Below are positions 11,519 through 24,560 of a stretch of 64,000 nucleotides of DNA, in pieces. Position 1 is the stretch's first letter. Each line of letters opens with the position of its first letter. Location of the stretch: assembly GCA_038087875.1 (NCBI GenBank), contig CM075979.1, forward strand, positions 35,402,001-35,466,000, in the 5' to 3' direction. This DNA comes from Malacoraja senta (lineage: Eukaryota). The translations under genes and the position numbers were made by a program. The notes beneath the pieces were generated by a model that saw only the letters and a program-made list of their open reading frames with translations, did not search any database and was not told the DNA's origin.

Positions 11519-13176
11519 CAGTGCCCTCCATAATGTTTGGGACAAAGACCCGTCATTTATTTATTTGCCTCTGTACTCCACAATTTGAGATTTGTAATAG
11601 AAAAAATCACATGTAGTTAAAGTGCACATTGTCAGATTTTAATAAAGGCATTTTTATACATTTTGGTTTCACCATGTAGAAATTACAGTTGTGTTGAAAC
11701 ATAGTCCCCCCATTTCAGGGCACCATAATGTTTGGGACACAGCAGTGTCATGTAAATGAAAGTAGTCATGTTTAGTATATTGTTGCAAATCCTTTGCATG
11801 CAATAACTGCTTGAAGTTTGTGATTCATGGACATCACCTGTTGCTGGGTGTCTTCTCTGGTGATGCTCTGACAGGCCTGTATGCAGCCATCTTTAGCTTA
11901 TGCTTATTTAGGCAGCTAGTCCCCTTCAGTTTTCTCTTCAGCATATACATCAAAGGCATGCTCAATTGGGTTCAGATCGGGTGATTGATTTGGCCACTCA
12001 AGAATTGAGCATTTTTTAGCTTTGAAAAACTCCTTTGTTGCTTTAGCAGTATGTTTGGGATCATTGTCTTGCTGTAGAATGAACTCGCCGGCCAATGAAT
12101 TTGGAGGCACTTGTTTGAACCTTGAGCAGATAGGATGTGTCTATACACTTCAGAATTCATTATGCCACTACCATCAGCAGTTGTATCATCATTGATGATA
12201 AGTGAGCCAGTACCTTCAGCAGCCTTACATGCCCAGGCCATAACAGCCCCAACAGAGTGTTTCATAGATGAGGTGGTATACTTTGGATCTTGGGCAGTTC
12301 CTTCTCTCTTCCATACTTTGCTCTTGCCATCACTTTGATACAAGTTAATCTTCATCTCATCTGTACACAAGACCTTTTTCCAGAACTGTGGTTGCTCTCT
12401 TAAGTACTTCTTGGCCAACTGTAACCTTGCTATCCTATTTTTGCGGCTAACCAGTGGTTTGCATCTTGCAGTGTAGCCTCTGTATTTCTGTTCATTAAGT
12501 CGTCTGCGGACAGTGGTCATTGACAAATCCACACCTGACTCCTGAAGAGTGTTTCTCATCTGTCGGACAGGTGTTTGGGGATTTTTCTTTATTTATAGAG
12601 AGATTCTTCTGTCATCAGCTGTGGAGGTCTTCCTTGGCCTGCCAGTCCCTTTGCGATTAGTAAGCTCACCAGTGCTCCCTTTCTTCTTAATGATGTTCCA
12701 AATAGTTGATTTTGGTAAGCCTAAAGTTTGGCTGATGTCTCTAACAGTTTTATTCTTGTTTCTCAGTCTCATAATGGCTTCTTTGACTTTCATTGGCACA
12801 ACTTTGGTCCCCATGTTGATAAACAGCAATAACAGTTTCCAAAGGTGATGGAAAGACTGGAGGAAAGACTAGGTGCCGAGAGGTCTCTTATACCTGCATT
12901 AAGGAGGCAATTAAACACACCTGAGCAATAACAAACGCCGGTGGAGCCATGTGTCCCAAACATTATGGTGCCCTGAAATGGGAGGACTATGTATAAACAC
13001 AGTTGTCATTTCTACATGGTGAAACCAAAATGTATAAAAATGGCCTTTATTAAAATCTGACAATGTGCACTTTAACCACATGTGAATTTTTTTTCTATTA
13101 CAAATCTCAAATTGTGGAGTACAGAGGCAAATAAATAAATTATGGGTCTTTGTCCCAAACATTATGGGGGGCACTG
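11519..13176 (-). mobile_element. Full-length Tc1 DNA transposon (long IR/DR TIRs), transposase frameshifted
   Basis: TA|cagtgccctccataatgtttgggacaaagacc ... ggtctttgtcccaaacattatggggggcactg|TA, with ~220-bp TIRs. Transposase is in three ORF pieces: [26 protein letters not shown]. Confidence 0.96.
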
Positions 13177-13619
13177 TATCAGTCATTGTGTATTCTACTT
13201 CCAAACTTCACATTATTAACGTAAGTAATTGATTGATATCTTTTGATCTTAAATAGCTGTATAAATTAAACACCCATTGGGAGATCTGAGGAGTATTAAG
13301 TTTGATCTGATGTGAAGAAAAACCTTGAGAACCAGCTCTTGCGCTTGTGACTTTTTGTGAAGTAACTTCATTATTTAACATTAATCTATTTTAAATACTT
13401 TGTCTGGAATGGAACACAACAAAGTAGTGATTTTTTTGGTTTTCTATCTCCTGAAAATAAATATGGAATTATTAATTTCTCATGTAATTGGCAGAACTAT
13501 TCACCCTCATATAAATATTAACATAGAATGAAGTGAATACCTTTTCTGTTTTATCTTTAGGGCAATAATAGGGAACGTCATGAATATAATGATCTTTTAA
13601 GTACATGGTACAAGTGCAA

Positions 13620-14390
13620 TAAAACAAAGTGCTGGAGATACTCAGCAGGTCAGACATCATCCGTTGAGGGAAAGGACAGGCGACATTTTGGTTCAGTATC
13701 CTTCAGATTGGAGCAGCAGAGAGAAAGCTGGAAAAGAGAAATAGGAGCTGAAAACCCCCCTAACAAGTGTATGGTGGATACAGGTGAGGGGGGAAGGGAG
13801 ATTGATTGGCAAATGGGTGGAGTTGGTGACAAAGGCTAGAGGTGAAAAGGGGACAAAAGGGCATCAGATAGGATAAGTGGACGAGGAATGAAATGTAAAG
13901 CCAGAGAGTGGGACATGAGTAGAAGTGAGGCGGGGAAAGGGAACTAAAGGGAAATGGAGGACTTGAGAATGGGAGATGAGACCAGTAACCCTGTTCCTTT
14001 CCCCTCCTTCATACACTTATCTCCCATCCTTGAGTCCCTCACATACCCTTCCACCCACATCCCTCTCTCCGACTTTATATTTCACTCCTCCCTTCTCCTT
14101 ATTTGACACCCTTTTGACTTCTTTTCACTTCTAGCCTTTGTCACTTACTCCATCTACCTGTCAAGCATCCCCCTCCCCCCGGCTGTGTCCACCTACCACT
14201 TATCAGACTTTATCCAACCACCATCCGTCTTTTCGAGCTCTCCCCCACCCCCTCCCCATACCAATCAGTCTGATGAAGAGTCCTGTCCTGAAACAGCACC
14301 ACCCTCCACAGATGTTGCCCGATCTGCTGAGTTCCTCCAGTACTTTGTGTTTTGCTCAAGATTCCAACATCTGCAGTTTCTCTTGTCTCC
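13620..14390. mobile_element. ~770-bp imperfect palindrome of two opposed Penelope-like repeat ends
   Basis: Arms are complementary, e.g. gtgacaaaggctagaggtgaaaag vs cttttcacttctagcctttgtcac. The right arm carries CTGATGA..TGAAAC. Confidence 0.75.
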
Positions 14391-14404
14391 TTATAAGTGC
14401 ACCA

Positions 14405-14840
14405 TTTAGAGTTATACAGCACGGAAACAAACCCTTTGGCTCAACTCATCTATTTGTCTTCATTTGACCCATATCCTTCTAAACCGTTCCAATCCATATA
14501 CCTGAACAAATGTTGATTAAACAAATGTTATTGTACCTGCCGCAACTACATCCTCTGATAGCGTGATCCATGTACATACCACCCTATGTGAAAAAGTTTC
14601 CCTTCTCACCTTAAACCCATGCCCTCAAGTTCTTGATTCCCCAACCCGTGGGAAAATATTGGGTGCATTCACCCTATGTCTGGCCCCTTATGATTTTATG
14701 CACCTGTGTAAGATCATCGCTCAGTCTCCTACTCTTCCCTATAAATCAGTCCCTCAAGTTCAGGTAGCATAAAAAATATCTATATTTTCTGTACTCCATC
14801 ATAATGTCATCTTTCCTATAGGAGGGTGACCAAAACTGAA
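14405..14840 (-). mobile_element. Old CR1 3' fragment
   Basis: Typical CR1 3' UTR (agagttatacagcacggaaacaaaccctttggc) and degenerate ORF2 end. Confidence 0.7.
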
Positions 14841-15268
14841 ATTAAACAGAAATAAATATTCTCTTTTCTTTAAATTAATACTTTTGCCAAAAAATCCATG
14901 ATAAATTCTTTAATGCAGAATTTAAACTGGACTTAAATACATTTATATTTTGTATGATTGACAAATGTTTATGACGTATGTTAATTCCAAGTACTTCTAT
15001 CTACCTGTTTATTGGTATACCAGTTCTCACTGAACTACTTCACATTGAGAAATGTGATATGTGAAAAGAACAAAGTAATTCCATACCAAATTATTTTAGT
15101 TCATAATAAACTATATGGTCAAGCTCATTGTGCGAATGCTCCTTTTTCTCAGTGACTTTATATAATACTGTGAACATGATCATTTCTTCAGATGTCATTT
15201 CTGTGAGCTCAAAAAATGACATTCAAACCCTGTATTTTGGCAGTAATTTACATAATGTACCATTTCAG

Positions 15269-16072
15269 CGGCAGCAAAGTACAAGAAGGCTAGCCTAGGA
15301 AGACATTCCACTGAAAAATCTACTGGAGATCCAGGGACCTCCAGAATACCAGAGATTCTAAATAAGGATGATTTTGAAAGACTGGAAAATACCAATCCTA
15401 ACAAGGGTGGAAAACGTGGCAACAAAGATGGAGACTGCAGCCCAAGCCCTAAAAAGAAGAAGCTGGAACAATTGTTTAAAAGCATCCATGATTTGCCAGT
15501 TGATAGTCCAAGAGAAAAGCTTGGTTGTCCCATTTCTGGTCGGGGTCCATTTGAACATGTATGTTCTATGAAGCAAACTAGCAATCTTCTAACTACCTCA
15601 TCTCCTGTATCTCAAAGGTCTCAGTTTGTAGGCCGCAGTGGACAGGAACATGAAATCAATAAATTGAATACAGCACAAAAAAAATATCCATCATCAATGG
15701 ACAGTCAATTTCCTGTTCGGCAAAGGCATCACGAGGGAGACACATTCAACAGGCCAGGAACTTCTTCACAGCAAAGTATTCTATCTCAATCAGGCACCAG
15801 AGGTGAAGGAGACTTCAGATCCCAACAAAAAGTAAACGAAAAGCATTTAAACACTGGTTTTATCCAAACAATGGACTCTGGGTTCCTTCAAAATACTGAA
15901 GAAAACAGCAGTGCTTTGCCACCAGAGAATTCAGGTGGACAGCACAGGGCTGTGGCTGAGGAAGATCTTCCAAAAAGCCAGCCCACATCGTACTGTCCAA
16001 ATTGTGTAATACTACAAGAGAAAATTCGACAGCTTCAAGAGGAACTAGATCGACTGAAGTCTAACTTGCCAG
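15269..16072 (+). CDS. PRDM11: PRDM11 internal exon with basic NLS-like PKKKK motif and CPNC + coiled coil (CPNCVILQEKIRQLQEELDRLKS)
   Basis: Acceptor catttcag|CG at 15268/15269 and donor CAG|gtaagt at 16072/16073; 804 bp, phase 1-1, open and in frame with ORF 15472. PKKKK and CPNC..LQ.ELD.LKS resemble the penultimate exon of mammalian PRDM11. Confidence 0.9.
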
Positions 16073-19000
16073 GTAAGTCTACACATATGATGTGCCCTAG
16101 AAAATTAATATTTATTTTTTGCTTTTTATTGATTGGTTTTAAAGCTGTGGCTGGCAGTTTAACCAACCTATTAGTTATGGTTTCCATATTATATGTGAAG
16201 TTATAAAATAAAATTATGCTGTTGCTTATAGTGGTCAATGCTGGCTTGCTGATTGATCCACGGAATAACATTGGTGTTGCATATCTATGACTTGTAGAGG
16301 GGGAGGTGACCCATTTAGAAGAGTTGGAATGACAAAGAAAAAGTGGGCATTGGGTTGATTAGTAGGACTAATCTAAATTAGAAAGAGACAGTATCCTGTT
16401 TGTTGGCCTGCATAGGCTGTATTTCAAATCACTGCTTCCTTCACAGATAATCTTAAAGATAAAGATTTAATTTTAGGTTTGAGAATGGCTGCTGACATTC
16501 TACAGGCCAAACTAAACGTGTATCATTCTAACATGTGTATCATTCTTCTTTATTCAGAGCAAATGCTTTATTAATACCACTGCATATGTAGTTATGGTAC
16601 TCAATGGAAATTAAATAATTCTGCAAATATCACATTACTTTGTCATGTGCATATATTCGTTACAGTTGTATTCACTGTACTCTACTATTCTAAATTCAAT
16701 AATTTTGTGGAAGCTAAGGATTTGTGCCAGTTCTTCAATATCCGCATCTTCCCTGCGACTAGACTTTGGAGCAACATTACTTGGACGGTTTTTAAAGGAT
16801 ATATCTTTGTTTTATCAGTTTTGGTCGTTAGAGGGAGTAAATGAGGGGAAAAAAGCAAATGGCCCTTTCACAGTTAATGTGAGTTCAAAAGCTGGGAGGG
16901 AAGAGGAATGGCAACAAAATCCTCACAATGGAATGATAGCAAATGAGAGAAGTGGGATTGGATGTTTTTGGAAGAAATATACCGTTGGATGGTCAGTCCT
17001 AAAATGCTACAAACTGTTTACAATATACAATATTTACAATATTCATTTAGCAGATTTCAAAATCCTCAGTTTTTTTCCTTTCTAATGTGCACTGCTGTAA
17101 ATTATGTTTTGTTTGATTCTCCTTTGTTTAAGTTAATAGGGTGTTACTTTTATTTGATCTATGAAGAACAATTCTAGCTAAACTCAGCCAACTATGAATG
17201 ATGTCTCTTTTAGGTTTATTTACAGTAGTTCTTTATTGAAATTGTTTTTATAGTCAATAAGGCGCTTGATTATGAAAGCATTTGTAATCAAATAATTAAT
17301 CAAATTATTCAGTTCAAGAATTGAATTATTTATTATTTATAAATTTATTATTATTAATTATAAATATGGTGAAGGTGACAATAAGAAAACCTAAGACAGA
17401 CTCAAAATGCTGGAATAACTGAGCGGGTCAGGCAGCACATTTTGGGTCGAGACCCTTGTTCATAAAACCGAGTCGTGTAACATCAACGTAACAACATATT
17501 GTGTGATGATTCAGAAGAATAGATTCTATCTGATCTGATGGCCATGGATTATGTGACAGTCACTTCCAAATTATCTAACTCAAGTATGTTATATCTCTGT
17601 TACTTGTGTTCTGTTTTCTAAGGAAAGAGTTATTTTGTTTCATTTTCAGTTTTTAATATCATAATTTGACAGCAAATCACCTCTTTTTAGTTTGAAATCA
17701 TTAAATTGTATGTTAAATTTTGTTTATTGCTGGATGATTTGTTTATAAAAATTACCGAAATAAACATTTTTAGAACTGTGGCATGCAGTTCTAAGATGTA
17801 AGGTGTTTTTTGTCAGCAGATGGAGCTGTTACATTTAGTGAATAGTTTGGGTCACCAGACTATTTACTCGGGGTGATGACGCATAGTCCTTGTTTAATCC
17901 GCAGAAGGTGAAATTTTACCATGCTGTCCAGTAGTCTTAGACATTAGCAATAGACTACTTTATTTTATAGATATGTCCAACTACTTGCGAAGCCCAATTT
18001 TAAAAGACCATGTATTTTTAAACGGAGTAAAATCTATTACTATTCCATTCTGTGTTCATGAATCACCAACCAAGAGAGCAAATAAGGTGGTTTAATCTTG
18101 AAGCTCATACCTTGTGTGTGGTATTAAGAAGTAAATTTAAGTTCTCTTCAGACAATTAGGGTTTTCTCTTTAAATATACATAGTTAGAGTTGTTTTTTTA
18201 CAGTCATATTTGTGTAATCTGCTGTTTTGTATAATGTCTTACTTGTGAGGAGATCCTACTTCAAGAACTTTATCTCTGCAAATTTAATTTTTCATAACAA
18301 TTTTATCCTGTTTAATTGATACAAAACCAACTCAAATACTTTACATTGATTTTCTTGCTTGAAAGGATTGTTTGAAGGATTACCTAATAGAGAAGTTTAA
18401 AATTATGAAAGACCTTTATAAAAGAGACACAAAGGGAAACAGTCTATTTATAAGGTACAACTATACTGAAGGCCGTCCTTATAGGACAAGAAATTAAATG
18501 GAGAATTCAGAGGCAATTTCTTTATCTTGAGAGTAATGAGTGTTTGGATGCATTTGTGGAAAGATTGCAGAACATGATGTTTTTAATGAAAGGATAAATA
18601 AACGTAAGAAGGAAAAGGGAATAGTGGATATGCTGACAGAATGTCTGGCCTAAATGCTGACAATTACTAACTGGATTGAAAGGTCCATTTTTATTTACTG
18701 TAGTTCTAAGTAGTTTAGTATGCGATACTCCATCAATTAAATTAAATTGCATAACATTATTTTTTAATTTTATGCAATTGGAAATAGTCTACCCTTGGGT
18801 GCAATAGAATAACAAGATGTTCTGGATTATTTTGTGTCACTTTGAAAATTTAACCAGGCACTACCTATTATAAATCACTCTTTCGATCTTAAAGTTAATT
18901 CTGCATGATTTTCCCATGCAACACACCTCTCATTGGGAATAACTGGAAAAATGTGGTAGTACCAGCACAGCATTGGATTAACATCCCTCCAAGTAAGTGA

Positions 19001-20563
19001 AATATCTCTCTACATTTTTGTCCCATTTCCCTCACAATGTACTCTGATTATACTGATCACAATACTCTCTGATCTCTTGGACATCTCTGATCTGCAGCCT
19101 CTTCACCTTGCCTCTTCCCCTCCCCTCTCACACCAGTGCCAACAACATTTCTCTGAACTCCCCATTCTCCAACAATTTTTCATGATACTTTTCAAAATCT
19201 GCCCAAGATTCATAGTGAGTGCCTGATCAATGCTCCATAACCCTCCATAAACGGTTCCAAATACAAGCCCATCCTTATTGGATGAACCAGAATTCCTAGG
19301 TCTAGATAGCTTACCTCAACAATGTAGGATAAACTAGTAGCCCCTATTCAACAGGAAATTTTATTCATTCATTAAAAAAAAACCACAAAATCATTTGAGT
19401 CATGAAATTATTGTAGTACAAAAAGCAAATAACTAGATTGCAACATTAATTTATTCCTTGTATTAGTGTTCATTGTAATATTAAAGTACAGAGCACTGAA
19501 TTGTAAATGTTTGTAATTTCTAATTTAATAAGAAATGTCTAATATTTTGCACATTGTAGCGACAGACATTCTGGAGCTTTTCATCTTTCTTGGTTGGACT
19601 AGGTGAGGAAAGAAGCTATGGATGATGCCTGGCAAGGTGTAGATTAGTTAGTGTGCAATATTTTCTCATTTGAATGCATCAGTACTCCTTAATAGTTTAT
19701 TCAGGTTGCCATATAATTCAGTATGTGTATTGCAAAACAAAATAAGGCATGGGTGCATCTCTATAAATTGTATGTGACACATTAAATTCACTTGTTTTGC
19801 TAAATTAGCAAGCTGATATATCACTTGGAGGTTGATCTGTGTTGTGGGAGATCCCTGATATGTTGTGTGCATCAAATGGTTGACATCACTTTTGTATAGT
19901 TTTTTTGGCATATTTTGAGGCATTCTTTTAGAACTTATTTTTTGAATAAACCTGCGGAGTGCTATGCTTATCAGCCGACAACCTATTAATCTACTTGTTT
20001 AGCTACTTTTAGTTACTAGCTAAAATACCCAACAAAACAATTCTTACCAAAAAAATATATGGACTCACTAGTATATGCATTCCTGACATGTTTCCTTGTA
20101 ACAAAATAAGTTGCAATATAACTGGGGTGTCTAAACTAAAAATGAAGAATATTTTACTTTTAATCTAGCATTAGATGTATGAATATATGGCTTTCTAGAG
20201 AAACATATATGATCATCAAATTAAATAAGTTAAATTAGTAAAATAGCTTGTTGTAAGGAAAGGAAGATCTAGGTGCTCTCATTTTGTCAAGCTGTTTTAT
20301 GATGAAACTAATAAAGTTTTCTTTGATTCCTCTCCTAATTATTATTAACTATTAAGCCTTTTGGTAACTGAGCCATATTCTTTTTCTTGTTTCTGTGATT
20401 GCTAAATCAGTAAAGTATTTATATAAGCAATATTGGCACATTTTTGAAGAAGTTATTTGGGTTTTGATGTTGGAGAACCAGAAGACACACGATTGCTAAT
20501 AATCTGACATCTTTGAGGAACCATTCCTGTACGATCTTTTGAGTTTACTGATGCATTTTCACA

Positions 20564-20708
20564 ATGCTACTGCTGAATTCTGAGCACATCAAAAATGAAA
20601 ATAATAATCTGCACGTGCTGTCACACACCAGAGGAACAGAGATTTTGATCACTGCAGTTCAATATCTGAGATCCTATCAAAAAGAGAACATGGCAATAAC
20701 AGATAAAG
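20564..20708 (+). CDS. Candidate alternative first exon or 51-nt cassette exon (..ENMAITDK-G), phase-1 donor
   Basis: Consensus donor AAG|gtaaga at 20708/20709. In-frame ATGs at 20564 and 20690 (aacATGG, strong Kozak context). A possible phase-1 acceptor cactgcag| lies at 20657/20658. Confidence 0.35.
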
Positions 20709-21690
20709 GTAAGAACTTCATATTTTTATTTGTATTTGCTTAGTTATGTATCGTCTTAATTTTTGAAGAAAAGACGCTGTAAGCAATCACAAATTTCAAT
20801 TGACATTTTATCTGCAGAAATTGTTATGCAGAGGATACAGAGTGAGACTGATAATACATGCCATTTATTATGTCTGTAGGATAGATTTCAAAACTACACA
20901 AAAACTCCTGTTCTGTTGAGGTTGTATATCGTGAATGGCCCACGTCACATAGTTTCTTATTGTCATTTTGCTGATTTTTGCACATGGTGGTTGGAACTAT
21001 AAATTCTACTTACAATTTTAAGATACTTTTTCTGTAGTAAAATGGCTCTTTTACGATTGTAAATTGAAACAACATGCACTTAAGAACATTGGAGTCTTTG
21101 GGTCTGGAAATCACAATTGGAATCTATGACTGTAACCAAGTTTAAACAAAAACATGTCACTTTACTCACTTCCTCTAACCCTTGCAGGTTTCTTCCATTA
21201 AAACTACAGTTTGTTTCAATGTTCCAGCTCTACCAGTTTCCACTGTAGCTAACAATGTGTTCGACATGTTCATCACCCTCTGTGAAGTAAATGAAATGTA
21301 AACAATCCATTCACAACTGAATTTGAATTTTAGTCCTTGGTTAGTTTGTGATCATAAAGTAAAGCAGACTTTATTTTATCTAATGTATTTAAGAATATAG
21401 GAAAATAAATAGTAGCTGGAACAGGCTATTTGATGCTTCATACCACCTCCAGTGCTGATCCTTTACTGGAACACCATTTACTTGTACGAACCCCATTGCC
21501 CTTAATTTCTTTAATATCTGAAAATCTATCAACTTGTCTTGAAGACTCCACAGCCTTCCTGCATGGAGAATTCCAAAGATTCCTTACCCTGGTTAAATAA
21601 ATGTATTGACATTTTAGTACTCAATGGTCCACTCCTTGTTTTTAAAGACTGTAACCCTCGGATCTTGACATTCTTGACAGGGGAAGCAAT

Positions 21691-21691
<1 letters not shown>

Positions 21692-21742
<51 letters not shown>
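21692..21742. repeat. Poly-C tract (51 nt) within old CR1 fragment
   Basis: Direct observation. Confidence 0.9.
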
Positions 21743-21898
21743 ATCTACCCTGTCAAACTCCATAAGAATTTTGTATGTTTTAAAGAGATGACCTTGTCTA
21801 CACACAGCAAATAGGTGCAGTGGCTTTATCTCATCTCGAGGGCCCAGTCCTCCATTGCTCCCCCATTGCAAGTATATCCTTCCTCACATAGCTGGATC

Positions 21899-22649
21899 AA
21901 TCATAATCATAATAGTAATTTATTAGCCAAGTATGTTTTGCAACATACGAGGAATTTGATTTGCCATACAGTCATAACAATAAAGAGCAACAAGACACCC
22001 AAATAAACTTTAAACATGAACATCCACCACAGCGACTACCCCACATTCCTCACTGTGATGGAAGGCAAAAAAAGTTAAATCTTCTTCCCTTCTTTGTTCT
22101 CCCGCAGTCGGGGGCACTCGAACCTTCTGTTGTCGGGGTGATCTTGGCTCCCGTAGCCGGCGGTCAAGCCCTCCGCATAGGGGTGATCAAGCTCCCGCAT
22201 CAGGAGGATCTCAGCTCCAGGCGATCGGTTCGGGGCTAGTTGAACCTCCTGTGGGTTGGAGCTTCCTGACATCAGTCTCTACCCGAGACTGCGAGCTCCT
22301 CGATGTTGAAATCCGCAGGCCGCGGGTTGAAGCGTCGATCCCAGGCAAGGGATCGCAGACTCTGATGGTAAGTCCACAGCCCCGCAGTGGGGCTCAAAGT
22401 CAGTCCCAAGCAAGGCCACCAGCTCCATGATGTTAGGCCGCAGAGCGACCGGAGATACGATCCAGAAAAAAATCACATCTCCGGCAAGGTAAGAGATTGA
22501 AAAAAAGTTTCCCCCGAAAACATAAAAGTTTCCTCCACATAAAACAAACCAGAGAACATTAATACATACTTTTTAAAACACACTAAAAATAGCAAAAAAG
22601 ACGAAAAGACAGACTGTTGGCGAGACTGCCATCTCTGACGGCGCCACCC
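21899..22649 (-). mobile_element. GC/CpG-rich non-autonomous retroposon, copy 2
   Basis: Colinear homology with 5338-6103 (aacatgaacatccaccacag, gatcaagctcccgcatc, gatcccaggcaagggatc, cacatctccg). Tail is (ATCATA)n on the + strand. Confidence 0.75.
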
Positions 22650-24560
22650 AGCATGATAGTACAATATCCCAAGACTTGTTGGAAACTTAAATAATTGCAG
22701 GAAAATCCCTATACCTGTATCTATTTGTTTTGACCATAATCAGAAACTATTTGCCTTCCTAACTGCTTGCTATGTTTGCGTGTTGACTTTCTCAAATTTT
22801 TTTATAAAAGGACATTTAGCTTTTTCTGAACACCAATATCAATTTCACCAATATCTCTTCAATCCATGGCAACTTTAATAAAGTCTTCCCAGCCTGGCCT
22901 TTCTCAGGTAACACTTGTATTTTCCCGAGTCTTTTTTTACAGATCTGGTATTTGCTTTTCAAATAGCTGCTTATGCGGCCTCCTTTGTACTCTCCCTGGA
23001 CCTAAAATGATAAGTATTGGACAATGACTGGTGAGCTGTATGCAAACTCATTACTATCACCTTTGTAAGCTTTACCTTTAAATAAAATGTAACTATTTAT
23101 TCAGACAGAATCAGTCAACTGTTTCTGACTTGTAGGACAGCACAGAACATTGAGCTCCCAACGCATCAAAGGCTTTATACTTTTGTTAGGAACTCAGTTT
23201 GTACCCGCAATTTCTCTAGCCTGATAATTTATAGTCAAATTTGTTCCTTTGATGGAACATACAGAGAAGTAACCACACCATCTCAAACAGAGAAAATTGT
23301 AAGACCCTGCTTAGAACCTACATAACTGAGTCCCTGTACCAATTGTCTATCTGGTGCACTTCACTGGATTATCAAATAGTTTTTCACTTTGTATTTTGTG
23401 ACAGTACTAAGTATTTTTTAGCCAAAGAGGAACTAATCAGTGGAGTTGAATTTCTCATGTAAATAAATGTTTATTTAATACCTTATACATCTTCGAACCA
23501 TCAGTGCACTGGACAGTTGATTTGCACACGTCTTACATGCTTGTGATGAAACTGAGATGTCATCATGCCTAAAAATGTGAATCAAATCAATCAACTTCCA
23601 GTCAAATGTGACACAATAATAGTTTATTGGGTTTCACCATTGTTTTCCCACATAGTGAATTCTTGATTTCAATCATGAGATGAGGCTAGTTACAAGAATG
23701 TTTCATTCAGCATTGTCATTGCATTCCCTCTATTTGGCATGCACAGAAAAAGATCTGAGCAACGTTAGCTCTTTATACAAAAAACGGAGCATCCAGAAGT
23801 TATGGTTGAATATATTACATCTATATTTAAAATTCTTATTATTAATGAAATTTAACAGACTTTACAAGGATTACACTTTTCTATTGGTTTTTTTCTTTGC
23901 ATTTTGGTTAGAATTAATGAATTGCACAAAAATGTGTAATATTACCATATTGTAAAATATTTTGAAATCACTGAGTATGTTATCAAAATATTATTAATTT
24001 ACCCATTATTTTTTCACTTATTTTTAGATTGGGCTTCCAGGAGAACTTAAGACTTTACATAACAAACAATCGTCCTGCACCACATATAAATCTTATGTGC
24101 TCAACATTATTTTCTGTAATAAGTGATGGGAGCTGATCAAATAACTTTAAAAAACAAGGACCATAATCCAAAATATTTCAATATTCTCTTACCATAGCTA
24201 TCTTATCCACCAGGACTTTAGCAGTTAATTTACACTTGCAGAGATCCAGACAGTTGTTGCTACCATTGTATTATTTGGCTTAATGTTCTCTCCCCTCTAA
24301 AGAAAAGTATAAAAGTAACTCCACAAGAGGAATCGTGGCCTATTGTTTTTTATCAGATTTCTTAATGTAGTGACTACAAATTTTAAATTTTGTTACGAAG
24401 TAAATAATTTTCACCTACAATGCAAGATGACAGTATGCTTTCTACGGTGCATCTGTAGAAGCTAGTAAAAGTAATTGGATACATGCCAAACTTTGTTAGT
24501 CTCTTGAGGAAGAGGAGGCATTTTGGCCATAGCTTTGATGCGGTTGGTCCAGGACAAATA

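Noticed and set aside
16645-17085. 146-aa intronic ORF
   Set aside because: No domain similarity or convincing splice sites; AT-rich chance ORF.
21529-21871. Poly-Gly/poly-Pro ORFs
   Set aside because: Translations of a homopolymer C run whose length may be a sequencing artefact.
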